Shown here piece by piece: positions 7,795 to 16,962 of a stretch of DNA of 64,000 nt. Both the position numbers and the translations under genes were made by a program. This stretch comes from an uncultured delta proteobacterium. GTDB lineage: Bacteria > Bdellovibrionota > FAC87 > UBA2466. Below the pieces are notes generated by a model. That model did no database searches. It was not told where the DNA came from and saw only the letters and a list, made by a program, of their open reading frames with translations. Every line of letters begins with the position of its first letter. The stretch's first letter is position 1. Location: the NCBI GenBank assembly GCA_963778115.1, contig CAVZSV010000004.1:544001-608000 (forward strand), written 5' to 3'.

Positions 7795-9371
7795 ATCTTA
7801 CTCCCCATCAGGTCGAAAAATGGATTGAGATAGGTTTTTCTCTCTACAGAGAATACGCCCGTTGCTCCTTTACCTCCCTCGATGGTCCGCTTTACATCGG
7901 CAAAATATCCTTTTTCGATCGCTTTCAAAATGCTCATGCGATCGATCTTTTCTAAAAGTGTCAGAGCATCATCTAACACCTTGGCGGCGAAGCCAGCGAT
8001 TTCACCATCCGATCTATAGCCAAACTCATTCGAAAGGCCCAAAGAACCATTCAAAATATAGTTGGCATTTCGAACGCTAAGACTTCGATCCTGCAACCAC
8101 GGAGTGTGCACCGCTTCCGTAGGCATTCCTAGGAGCAGCACTCCCTGACGCGTCAAAGAGCCAATGAGATTAAAAATGGTATCGATCGCATGGCTCGTAA
8201 AGATATCGCCCGTCTTATACTTGGTATTGCACATGTACTTTAAAGGACACTTAGGAAAGATCTGGCGAGTCATTTGGGCTCGAGCGATCTCCCAAAGAAT
8301 GACTTTTTCATACGACGGATCCATCTCCATGGCATGCCCGATACACATCTGTTCGTGAGTCATTCCTGCATTGAGGGCCGCCACTTCATTGATGAACTGG
8401 GAAGCCAAGACCTGATCGCCGCTTTTTTTGGCGTCGGTAGTCTTCATATAATTGTCTTCGCCGGTCATGATCCAAATGTCGCTCACACCGCAGATGAGCC
8501 TGGAAAAATGCTGGTCTATTAAAGTGCGGGCCGGATTGATGTCTCGAAACAGTATTCCGTACATTGCATCATTAAGTAAGAAATCGAGGCCCTCGATAGC
8601 GGCAAGTACTGCAATTTCCGACATGCATAATCCCGAGCAGTAGTTGGTCAGACGAATATAACGGTTCTGTTCCTTACCCAGCTCATCCAGCGCCTGACGC
8701 ATCAAACGAAAATTGGCTTGAGTCGCGTAGGTTCCTCCGAACCCTTCCGTGGTGGTTCCTTGCGGAACGTAATCCAGTAAACTCTGAGCGGTACTTCGAA
8801 TAACGGCTATAGAATCGGCACCGTCCATGACGGCGGCTCTTGCCTGGATGACATCTTCGAAAATATTACCCGTGGCAACGATGACGTACTTAAGCGGCCG
8901 CTTTTCGCAAAGCGGATCGTGAAGTTTACGGCGTAAGCGCTGACGTGATCTCCGATAGGCGATAAGCCTGTTGAAAGACTCCCGGGCTAATTGACCCGCA
9001 AACTTCTTTGTCTTTAGCGGATCCCTGGAGGGAAGGGTTCCGATATCAAAGGCTTCGGTAACTACTTTTTCCTGCAATTTGTCTACGGGAAGTCCCGTCG
9101 ATAACATCGCATTGGCAACCCAATAAAGCGCCCCCTCGCCTAGTCTTCCTTGGGCTTTGAGCTGATCGACCACGAAATTCGCCGTGGGAAAAAGTAACCC
9201 CTCCCATTGCAGCGCATCATTAAATCCCAGAAGGCGAAGAACCGCCCTTTCGGTGCCCACGGTGGAATTGCGATGGATGAGATTTTCGACCTCTTTACCG
9301 ATAGAACCCGCTATCTCGCGGCAGCGGGCAATCTTGCGTGCCGAAAGCGGTAATGTCGCCGAGTAAGACAT
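7791..9371 (-). CDS. kamD: Lysine 5,6-aminomutase alpha subunit
   Basis: YVIVATGNIFED, IAVIRSTAQSLLDYVP, TTEGFGGTYATQANF, NYCSGLCMSEIA, LNDAMYGILFRDIN and TEAVHTP. Confidence 0.95.
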   Translation of the reverse strand: MSYSATLPLSARKIARCREIAGSIGKEVENLIHRNSTVGTERAVLRLLGFNDALQWEGLLFPTANFVVDQLKAQGRLGEGALYWVANAMLSTGLPVDKLQEKVVTEAFDIGTLPSRDPLKTKKFAGQLARESFNRLIAYRRSRQRLRRKLHDPLCEKRPLKYVIVATGNIFEDVIQARAAVMDGADSIAVIRSTAQSLLDYVPQGTTTEGFGGTYATQANFRLMRQALDELGKEQNRYIRLTNYCSGLCMSEIAVLAAIEGLDFLLNDAMYGILFRDINPARTLIDQHFSRLICGVSDIWIMTGEDNYMKTTDAKKSGDQVLASQFINEVAALNAGMTHEQMCIGHAMEMDPSYEKVILWEIARAQMTRQIFPKCPLKYMCNTKYKTGDIFTSHAIDTIFNLIGSLTRQGVLLLGMPTEAVHTPWLQDRSLSVRNANYILNGSLGLSNEFGYRSDGEIAGFAAKVLDDALTLLEKIDRMSILKAIEKGYFADVKRTIEGGKGATGVFSVERKTYLNPFFDLMGSKI

Positions 9372-9441
9372 AGGGAATGATTCTGCAACAGTAGAGGTGC
9401 GCTTTTCAAGTAAATGCTGCGGCGTGGTTGAGAGGGCGGTT

Positions 9442-10116
9442 TTACGTCAGATGCCGTCTAACAAAATCATTGAGGGCTTTTTGATGTTCGGGAGCAGGGG
9501 TCAAAAACTGCACCCCCATGCCGTGGCGAAGGGGGTTCTTTGAGATCCAACGGACCTCCCCTTGGGCGCGGATGACGGGAACTCCGGCCGGAACCGGAAG
9601 GGGTATTGCAATTTCCATCGTGGAGTTCATTTCAAGCAGGTGAGGAGTTTCAATAAAGCATCCGCCTTCGGAAATATTTCTAAGGACCGGATAGTGCCAA
9701 TCTTGTTGGTGACACATAATAAAAGGAAGATGGGTTTCATAACGACGCTTAGTCCGCCACCACCGCATCTTGGGATCAAAATACAGATGCCGAATTCTTG
9801 GATTGATGAAATAGAAAAGAGAAATAGAGTAAATGAAAACGTGAACGGCTAGGGGCCACAGACTCGCCCCGCGTCCTTCGTAGTAGGACTGTAAATCGCG
9901 AAATCCCCAGAGGGCCACCAAAGTGACCAGCGTGTACCAACCCATTCGGGTAACTTTAATAAGGCCGTATAAAAGGATCAAAGGAACGATTACCGAGAGC
10001 AGAAGGTCCGCAAAATTGGCGATACTCTTGCCCATGATAAGGCGAGAGCAATATTCGACGGGAAAATAGAGGAAAAGTAAGGAACAAAAGAAAAGACTTA
10101 AAGGCCTGCGACGCAT
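9442..10116 (-). CDS. Membrane protein with C-terminal PilZ domain
   Basis: About 4 TM segments, then RTKRR (RxxxR), NISEGG and GMGVQF. Confidence 0.85.
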   Translation of the reverse strand: MRRRPLSLFFCSLLFLYFPVEYCSRLIMGKSIANFADLLLSVIVPLILLYGLIKVTRMGWYTLVTLVALWGFRDLQSYYEGRGASLWPLAVHVFIYSISLFYFINPRIRHLYFDPKMRWWRTKRRYETHLPFIMCHQQDWHYPVLRNISEGGCFIETPHLLEMNSTMEIAIPLPVPAGVPVIRAQGEVRWISKNPLRHGMGVQFLTPAPEHQKALNDFVRRHLT

Positions 10117-10145
10117 AGTTTTGTTACGTTAGGGCCTTTACTATA

Positions 10146-10868
10146 TCAGGCCGCTTCGACCTTGTCTTTATCAGATGCATTCGCGGAAACCGGCGTGGGA
10201 TTAAATCGGTATCCCTCACCGTAGATCGACTCGATATGATCTTTATAACTTCCCAATTTCTTGCGAATGCTACGGATATGAGAGTCCACTACACGGTCCG
10301 TAACGAAGGTGTCTACCCCCCAAACATTATTTAGAATTCTTTCTCGGGAAAGTACCCGATCCGGATTTCTGACAAAGTAAGAGAGCAATTTAAATTCAAG
10401 AGCGGAGAAGGGAATCTCTTTTTCTTCGATAAAGACGCGATGTCCGAGAAAATCAATCCGCAAGCCTTGCACTTCGTAAACGGAAACGCCTTCACGCCGC
10501 GCATTATTTTGACGGATGCGGACGCGAATTCGAGCTTTCAACTCTTCCGCTTCGAAGGGCTTCTCGATGTAATCATCGGCCCCGAGATCAAATCCCATCA
10601 CCTTGCTATGCGAGTCGTTGCGAGATGAGAGAAAAATTATTGGTGTATTAGCAGTCTCTTTCTGTCCTTTTAGAAGGTGACAGACCTCAAACCCATCAAC
10701 CTCTCCTAGAGTGATGTCTAAGAGAATCAGATCAGGTTTGTGTTCTTTAGCAAGGTCGACCCCTTGCTTGCCACCATCCGCACAAACGACCTTGAATTCG
10801 GTCCCAAGTGCCGATTGAACCAGAAACTGGTAATCCTTGTTATCTTCGATGACTAGTATTTTTTCCAT
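10146..10868 (-). CDS. OmpR/PhoB-family response regulator
   Basis: IEDN, PDLILLD, GADDYIEKPF and winged helix RVVDSHIRSIRKKL..YGEGYRF. Confidence 0.93.
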   Translation of the reverse strand: MEKILVIEDNKDYQFLVQSALGTEFKVVCADGGKQGVDLAKEHKPDLILLDITLGEVDGFEVCHLLKGQKETANTPIIFLSSRNDSHSKVMGFDLGADDYIEKPFEAEELKARIRVRIRQNNARREGVSVYEVQGLRIDFLGHRVFIEEKEIPFSALEFKLLSYFVRNPDRVLSRERILNNVWGVDTFVTDRVVDSHIRSIRKKLGSYKDHIESIYGEGYRFNPTPVSANASDKDKVEAA

Positions 10869-11013
10869 AGTAATAGTAAGTAGCTACAACTTGTCTATCT
10901 AATTTATCGGAAGCCCCTCCAAAGCCTTGAGTCCTTTTATATACTTTTTTTGATTGGCAGCATCATTCCACGACAATAGCTCATGAAATCCTCCAAAATA
11001 GCCGTAAAAGCTT

Positions 11014-11685
11014 ATGAGACATCCACTTATGAGCAAAAATCTATTAGACGATCCTAGCGTCGCAAAACTAATTCGCACCTTTTCCACGGGAGAGTATTTC
11101 TTCCGGCAAGGAGACATGGGAGAAACGATGTATCTGCTGCTCGACGGGGCAGTTCTTCTTTTTCATAATCAGCACAACTCCGAAAGGTTGGTAGGAATAG
11201 CCTCCGCTGGTGAAGTGCTAGGGGAAAAGGCAATTCTCTTAGAAGGCCCTTATCGTAGAAATTTTACGGCGCAAGCGAAAGTGAGCACCGTTGCGATTGA
11301 ATTTGACTCTAAGAATCTAAAAATGATCCAGTCGAAAATTCCAGATTTTGCCATGATGATGGTGCGCATTCTTTCGGCCAGGCTCGATCAATGCAATCAA
11401 ATGGTGTTCATCCTCCAATCCACGGATCCTGTGGATCGCGTTATCAAATATCTTCTGCATTTTTCCAAGCACCACTCCAAGAAAGTTCCTCAGGGAGTCG
11501 AATTCTCTTTGACTGCCCAAGAGATCGAGCACGCCATCAATCTGGAGAGTGATCGGGTGGAAATCATTTTGAGCGAATTGGTAAGCATGAAAGTGCTGAA
11601 AGAAAAACGTAACGGATACATCATCGAAGACGAGAATGCGCTTCTAGACCAAGCTTCTGCGTTACGCGAAAGAACCGTAGCCTAG
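11014..11685 (+). CDS. Crp/Fnr-like cyclic nucleotide-binding protein (paralog 1)
   Basis: FRQGDMGETMY, GEVLGEKA and RRNFTAQA, then a C-helix and winged-helix-like tail. Start may be 11029. Confidence 0.8.
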   Translation: MRHPLMSKNLLDDPSVAKLIRTFSTGEYFFRQGDMGETMYLLLDGAVLLFHNQHNSERLVGIASAGEVLGEKAILLEGPYRRNFTAQAKVSTVAIEFDSKNLKMIQSKIPDFAMMMVRILSARLDQCNQMVFILQSTDPVDRVIKYLLHFSKHHSKKVPQGVEFSLTAQEIEHAINLESDRVEIILSELVSMKVLKEKRNGYIIEDENALLDQASALRERTVA

Positions 11686-11704
11686 TTTTTTAGGAGAGAC
11701 AGAA

Positions 11705-12367
11705 ATGTTTTCAGTCAGCGGCAAACTTAACGAAGAACAGCTAAAAAAGTTTGCACGTCTTTATTCTCCCGGTGAGTATCTCTTTCGACAGGGAGATCTC
11801 GGAAACACGATGTTTATCATCGTGGGTGGCCAGATTGAACTTATCGAGGAAAGAGACGGAAACTCGACGATGGTCGCTATGATTAGCCCCGGTCAGGTTT
11901 TGGGAGAAAAAGCTTTTCTCACGGATATTCCCTACCGCCGTACCTTCTCCGCCCGCGCGAAAGTACAGACCCCAACCCTGGAATTCGACCGAAAGAACCT
12001 AAAGGTTGTCGAAACTCTCATACCCGATTTTGCAACTCGAATGTTGGGGGTTGCGGCAAGCCGCTTGGATCGCTCCAATCGCATCATTAACATCCTTCGT
12101 CCTTTTGATCCTGCCGAGCGGTTTGTTCAAGTGGTCTTATTTTTACGAGACGATGTCGGCATCAAAGGTTCCGAGGGAGTGGAGTTCCCCATCGACCCCA
12201 GCGACTTCTATCAATTGGGTAATTTGGACAAAACAACCACCGAATTCTGTTTAAACAGCGTTCTAAAAATCAACATCCTCAAGAAGACCAAAAAGGGCTA
12301 TGTAATCGTCGATGAAAACGCCCTACGTCAGTACGTTTCCGAGCTCAGAGAACGCGTCGCAGCGTAA
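11705..12367 (+). CDS. Crp/Fnr-like cyclic nucleotide-binding protein (paralog 2)
   Basis: FRQGDLGNTMF, GQVLGEKA and RRTFSARA. AGGAG RBS. Collinear with paralog 1. Confidence 0.8.
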   Translation: MFSVSGKLNEEQLKKFARLYSPGEYLFRQGDLGNTMFIIVGGQIELIEERDGNSTMVAMISPGQVLGEKAFLTDIPYRRTFSARAKVQTPTLEFDRKNLKVVETLIPDFATRMLGVAASRLDRSNRIINILRPFDPAERFVQVVLFLRDDVGIKGSEGVEFPIDPSDFYQLGNLDKTTTEFCLNSVLKINILKKTKKGYVIVDENALRQYVSELRERVAA

Positions 12368-12485
12368 ACCCCTCATATTATTTGCCTCCGTTACAAATAA
12401 CACTTGTGCTGCGGAAAATTCTGTCATTAGAATTGTTACCGGGGGGCCGAGTTTTCAAAATTTTGGGTGAAAACTTCGGCATAAA

Positions 12486-12998
12486 TTGGGGGAGGGGCTA
12501 TCTGTGAGTCGCGAACGTTTTCGACGGCGGGGATCCCACGTTTCAAGTTCGATAAATAGTTACCAGGCTTCCAATGTCATCGACATTGGCTCGGTGCGAA
12601 ACCGAACGGCTATCCGAAGTCGGGTGCATACCGTTTTCTATCTTAACGAAGGGGGAAGACCTAACGAATTCGCCTCCCTGAGTGATGTTCATCTGGTGGA
12701 CATTCGCGACGCTGACACGCTAACGCGCAAACTTTTAATTCGAATTCCCGACGTCATTCTAGTGGAATCAAGCATCCAATGGACCGATGCACTTACCACA
12801 ATCCGTCAGCTGGTAGATATTATGGCAGCTCCCGTGGTTCTTTTGGTGGATGGCGAGAGCCAAATCCAAGACCCTACCCTTATCAAAAAAGCCTACGCGG
12901 CGGGCGTATGCGACACTCTATTCTTACCGCTTGATGGTGACGAACTCAGGCAGACTCTAAGTGTGCTGTTACATTTTCAAGCCAAGGCGAGTTACTGA
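12486..12998 (+). CDS. Atypical (pseudo-)receiver domain protein
   Basis: IPDVILVE (Glu at the phospho-acceptor position), APVVLL, AYAAGVCDTLFLPLD (no KP). Start may be GTG 12504. Confidence 0.55.
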   Translation: MGEGLSVSRERFRRRGSHVSSSINSYQASNVIDIGSVRNRTAIRSRVHTVFYLNEGGRPNEFASLSDVHLVDIRDADTLTRKLLIRIPDVILVESSIQWTDALTTIRQLVDIMAAPVVLLVDGESQIQDPTLIKKAYAAGVCDTLFLPLDGDELRQTLSVLLHFQAKASY

Positions 12999-13082
12999 CA
13001 CAAAGACTGCGAACGTAACAGTACTCATCCTCATGCCAGGAGATTGCTCCGCCCTCATCGGTACCGTTTGGATAGGGTTCTT

Positions 13083-14063
13083 TTATATCGCCCCCGACTC
13101 AACCAATAAACACGCCGCCTGTTGCGAAGCCTTGCCCTTCACTGCCAGAAGTTCCGGCACTTTCACCGAGCACTCGCTTACCGCGTAAGAACAACGCGGG
13201 TGAAACGGACATCCTTGAGGAGGATTGGACGGTTGTGGAGGTTCGCCGGGCAGTAAAATTCTTTGATGATGCGACAAAGGATCGGCAACAGGAACGGCGG
13301 ATAGCAACGCTTTCGTATACGGGTGTTTGGGATCGGAGTAAAGTTCCTCCCCCCTACCTGTTTCCACAATCTTTCCCAGGTACATGACCGCGACACGATG
13401 GCTGATATGCTCCACCACCCTGAGGTCATGAGAGATAAACAAGTAGGACAGATGAAACTTTTCCTGAAGATCCATCAGTAGATTGATAATCTGAGCCTGA
13501 ATCGAAACGTCTAATGCGCTCACTGGCTCATCACAGACGATAAACTCAGGTTCCACCGCCAAGGCTCTGGCAATCCCGACACGCTGACGCTGGCCTCCAC
13601 TAAACTCATGGGGATAGCGCACCGCTGCTTCTTGGGGAAGTCCCACCAGGCTCAATAGTTCGTCGACTCGACGAGTCCGCTCTTTCTGGGTAGCACACAG
13701 CTTATGAATAATAAGAGGCTCTTCCAATATGGAACCAATCGTCATTCTAGGATTTAATGACGAGTAGGGGTCCTGAAAGATGATTTGCATCTTTCGACGG
13801 TAAGGCTTCATCTGATGTGCAGTGAGCGCCTCTAGAGACTCTCCTGCAAAACGAATCTCACCTGAGGTAGGCTCGGTCAATTTAAGAAGACATCTTCCTA
13901 GTGTCGACTTTCCGCAGCCCGACTCGCCCACCAACCCCAGCGTCTCTCCGGCCTCGATAGAGAGGTCGACACCCTGCACCGCGTGAATGGCTCGATTTTC
14001 CGAAAACCAGCCGGTCTTCAGCGGAAACGTCTTCACCAAGTTTTTAATTTCAACTAAAGCCAT
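13083..14063 (-). CDS. Oligo/dipeptide ABC transporter ATP-binding subunit (OppF/DppF-like)
   Basis: [34 protein letters not shown] and GCPFHPRC. Confidence 0.93.
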   Translation of the reverse strand: MALVEIKNLVKTFPLKTGWFSENRAIHAVQGVDLSIEAGETLGLVGESGCGKSTLGRCLLKLTEPTSGEIRFAGESLEALTAHQMKPYRRKMQIIFQDPYSSLNPRMTIGSILEEPLIIHKLCATQKERTRRVDELLSLVGLPQEAAVRYPHEFSGGQRQRVGIARALAVEPEFIVCDEPVSALDVSIQAQIINLLMDLQEKFHLSYLFISHDLRVVEHISHRVAVMYLGKIVETGRGEELYSDPKHPYTKALLSAVPVADPLSHHQRILLPGEPPQPSNPPQGCPFHPRCSYAVSECSVKVPELLAVKGKASQQAACLLVESGAI

Positions 14064-14083
14064 TTACCTCAACGCCATCCCTT

Positions 14084-15063
14084 CTAAACCTCAAAACAGC
14101 TAGCCAGATGGTGCGGCTCTTTCTCTTCCAGAGTCGGCTCCTGCTTCCTGCAATGGGGAACCACTAGCCCACAGCGGTCTTGAAAACGGCAACCCACGGG
14201 AAGGTGTGCAAAATTAGGAACCGAGCCGGGAATGCCCGCCAATCTTTCCCCTCGCCTACCACGTTCACTGGGCTTACGTGGCTTCGGCAGCGATCCCATC
14301 AATCCACGCGTATAGGGATGGGTTGGGTTTCGAAACAAAGCTTCGACTCCTGACTTTTCGGCGACTTTGCCAGCGTACATCACAACACATCATCCGTATA
14401 TTCCGCGACCACCCCAAATCGTGGGTAATTAAACATCACGCCATTCCTAAATCTCCTTGTAGCCCTTTGACCAACTCCAAAATCTGCGCTTGAATGGTAA
14501 CGTCAAGCGCGGTCGTCGGTTCGTCGGCGATAAGAAGTTTGGGTTGACATGAAAGCGCCATCGCGATCATAACTCTTTGTCTCATTCCGCCACTTATTTC
14601 ATGAGGATAACTATGAAATCTTCGTTCGGGCTTCTGGGATTCCCACTTTGGTGAGCAATGAGATCGCCATTGCTTGCATCTCGGCGGCAGAAAGCATCAG
14701 GGTCGTGAATCATGATCGCTTCCCCTATTTGGAATCCCACCGTATAAACGGGGTTTAGTGAAGTCATCGGCTCTTGAAAAATGATCCCTATTCTTTGCCG
14801 CGGATATCCCGCATCCCCTCATTCCGAGAGTTTAAGAAGGTCCACCCCTCGAAGAGGATTTCACCCGCGGGATTCGCGCTTTATTTTTCGGCAACAAGCG
14901 CATAAGGCTGAGTGCCGTGACGCTTTTTCCACAACCCGACTCCCCTACAATCCCCAGGGTTTTGCCGACATCGACCTGGAAAGAGACTTTGATCCACAAC
15001 GCGCGAATGGTGCCGTATTCAGTCTGACAAACTCGATGCTTAAATTTCTTACATCAACAACAT
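14084..15063 (-). pseudogene. OppD/DppD-like ABC ATPase with multiple frameshifts (probably sequence error)
   Basis: Fragments in different frames: [60 protein letters not shown] and HPYTRGL...GCRFQDRC. Confidence 0.85.
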
Positions 15064-15077
15064 GAAAAACGCCAGAC

Positions 15078-15900
15078 CTAATGCAGTGCGATTTTTCCGC
15101 CCCTTCGGGCACCTTCAAGCGGAATATCTCATCTCGTTGGCCGCTCCATTCCATCGGATCATATCTTTCCAGGTCAATTCGATATAATTGCGAGCTTAGG
15201 CTCAATTCTATACGTACCACCGTCAGAACAGAACCGTCCCGACCGGGTTCACGCTCGTCGGCCGCAAGATCTAAAATTCGAATAGGCTACCACTACTTTT
15301 TGATGACGGTGATCACTGGTGGCTCTTTAAAGGCGCCGGTACTCCCCATCGACTTTCAACCGATACTGGTAACGATTCGCCCGTTTGACTGTAGGCAAGA
15401 TAAACCCCTTGTTACGTCCCATTGCCATCTCGGCCAGCTCTTTCTGGCTGTTCGCTCCACCCCGGAAGTATCCCCAAGAAAATCAGCTGGAGATCTCGAA
15501 ACGAAAAGTCGGAGCCCAATAGCCTTTCCAAATAAGCGCTCCCCGCCTTTTCGTCCAGATACGCAATCCGCTCGGTGGGATAGACGGCCATAAACTGCTG
15601 ACCATTTAAGACGACGAGATAGCGCAATCTCCCCAAAGGATCCCTTAACTCCAGTCGACTCTCTCCCGGAAGCTGGCTAATGACCCATCCCTGACCGGTT
15701 CCACTTTCCTTCTTTCCTTCATAGTGGAGCCACATCTTCCCGGCCAAAGCTTTGGCAAGGGTCAGCCGCTTTGATTGATCGCGCAAAACCGAATCTAACT
15801 TTAGTCCCGTCGGAGATTTGGGAGGAGCGTGCGCACAGCAGGCCAATAGAAGAACGATCCCCAGGTAACCGACGCTAAGAAGGGGACTATTTTTTTTCAT
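15078..15900 (-). pseudogene. Lipoprotein, LolB/DUF4292-like, frameshifted near 15430 and further downstream
   Basis: Lipobox-like LLLAC, SRLELRDPLG and FLGILP. A plausible C-terminus FRLKVPEGAEK lies in another frame and ends near 15078. Confidence 0.5.
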
Positions 15901-16898
15901 CGGTAATCTATCCGTTCCAAGAAGTTTTCGATCTTCTGGTTCACCATCTCGGGAAGATCGGTATGAGCGTTGTGACTGCCCATGGGGATTTTTTCCAAAA
16001 CTCCCTTGGGAAGAAGCCTGGCCATCTCTTCTTGTAAATGCATGGGCGTAATAAAATCAGCAGCTCCCGCAATCACAAGTGTCGGAGTCTTAAGCTTCTT
16101 CAACATCGGGCGCCCTTCTAACCGAGTATAATCTCTAAGGAGCGAAAAGAAAGTCACAGGAGCCGTTTGATTTACCCCTTCCATATAATGAAGGACATCG
16201 CGCTCCTCGGCCAAATAGGGATTGAAACCCAAACGCGAAGTCATATAGAAGCTCAATCGATTAAATTCGGTCATTCTGCGCCAGATCTGGGAGACAGGCC
16301 CCGGTGCCAATTCAAAAAGTTTAGAAGTCATTTGATAAAATTTGTCCATCCGATCGGTGTAAAACATGCCGTGGAAGGGATTACTAACACTCCCACAAAT
16401 AAGAACAAGGCCCAAAATCTTTTCGGGACAGAGGCTTCCAGCAATGGCGCTTACGGGAACCCCCATGCTATGGCCAAAAACGACAGTCTCCTTTAGGTCA
16501 AGATGTTCGATAAGTCCTTGCACGTCTTTTGCGCAGCACTCGAGCGTAAGATTGCGATCGTTGGACGGAAGTGCTGATCGATGATGGCCGCGGTAATCAA
16601 AAGTAATTACTTTATAGCCGTTCACAAAATAAGCGAGCTGATGACGCCAGTGCTCTCGACGACAAACCAAGCCATAACAGAAGATGATAGGACGTCCCTC
16701 TCCCGCCACCTCATAGTAAATTGAGGTTCCGTCGAAGCTATTGAAGAAGCCCTTTTCCGTTGCTAAAGGGGCCACCACTTCCGAAGAGGATTCACTAGCG
16801 TCCATCAGGACAGAATCATGCTCCGCGCCGAGATCGCCCGTTTGGAGCTCTTGGTCAGAAGGTTTGGAATTTTTGTCGGAATGGTCGTGATCCGTCAT
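15897..16898 (-). CDS. Alpha/beta hydrolase
   Basis: FDYRGH, GHSMG nucleophile elbow, AGAADFITP and GSHNAH. ATG 16898 chosen to avoid overlap with the divergent gene. Confidence 0.88.
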   Translation of the reverse strand: MTDHDHSDKNSKPSDQELQTGDLGAEHDSVLMDASESSSEVVAPLATEKGFFNSFDGTSIYYEVAGEGRPIIFCYGLVCRREHWRHQLAYFVNGYKVITFDYRGHHRSALPSNDRNLTLECCAKDVQGLIEHLDLKETVVFGHSMGVPVSAIAGSLCPEKILGLVLICGSVSNPFHGMFYTDRMDKFYQMTSKLFELAPGPVSQIWRRMTEFNRLSFYMTSRLGFNPYLAEERDVLHYMEGVNQTAPVTFFSLLRDYTRLEGRPMLKKLKTPTLVIAGAADFITPMHLQEEMARLLPKGVLEKIPMGSHNAHTDLPEMVNQKIENFLERIDYR

Positions 16899-16962
16899 GC
16901 GTCCGGGAATCTTATTTCCGAGCGGAGTTTTAGGCAACCATGTTAGAATAATTTCTCCTCCC

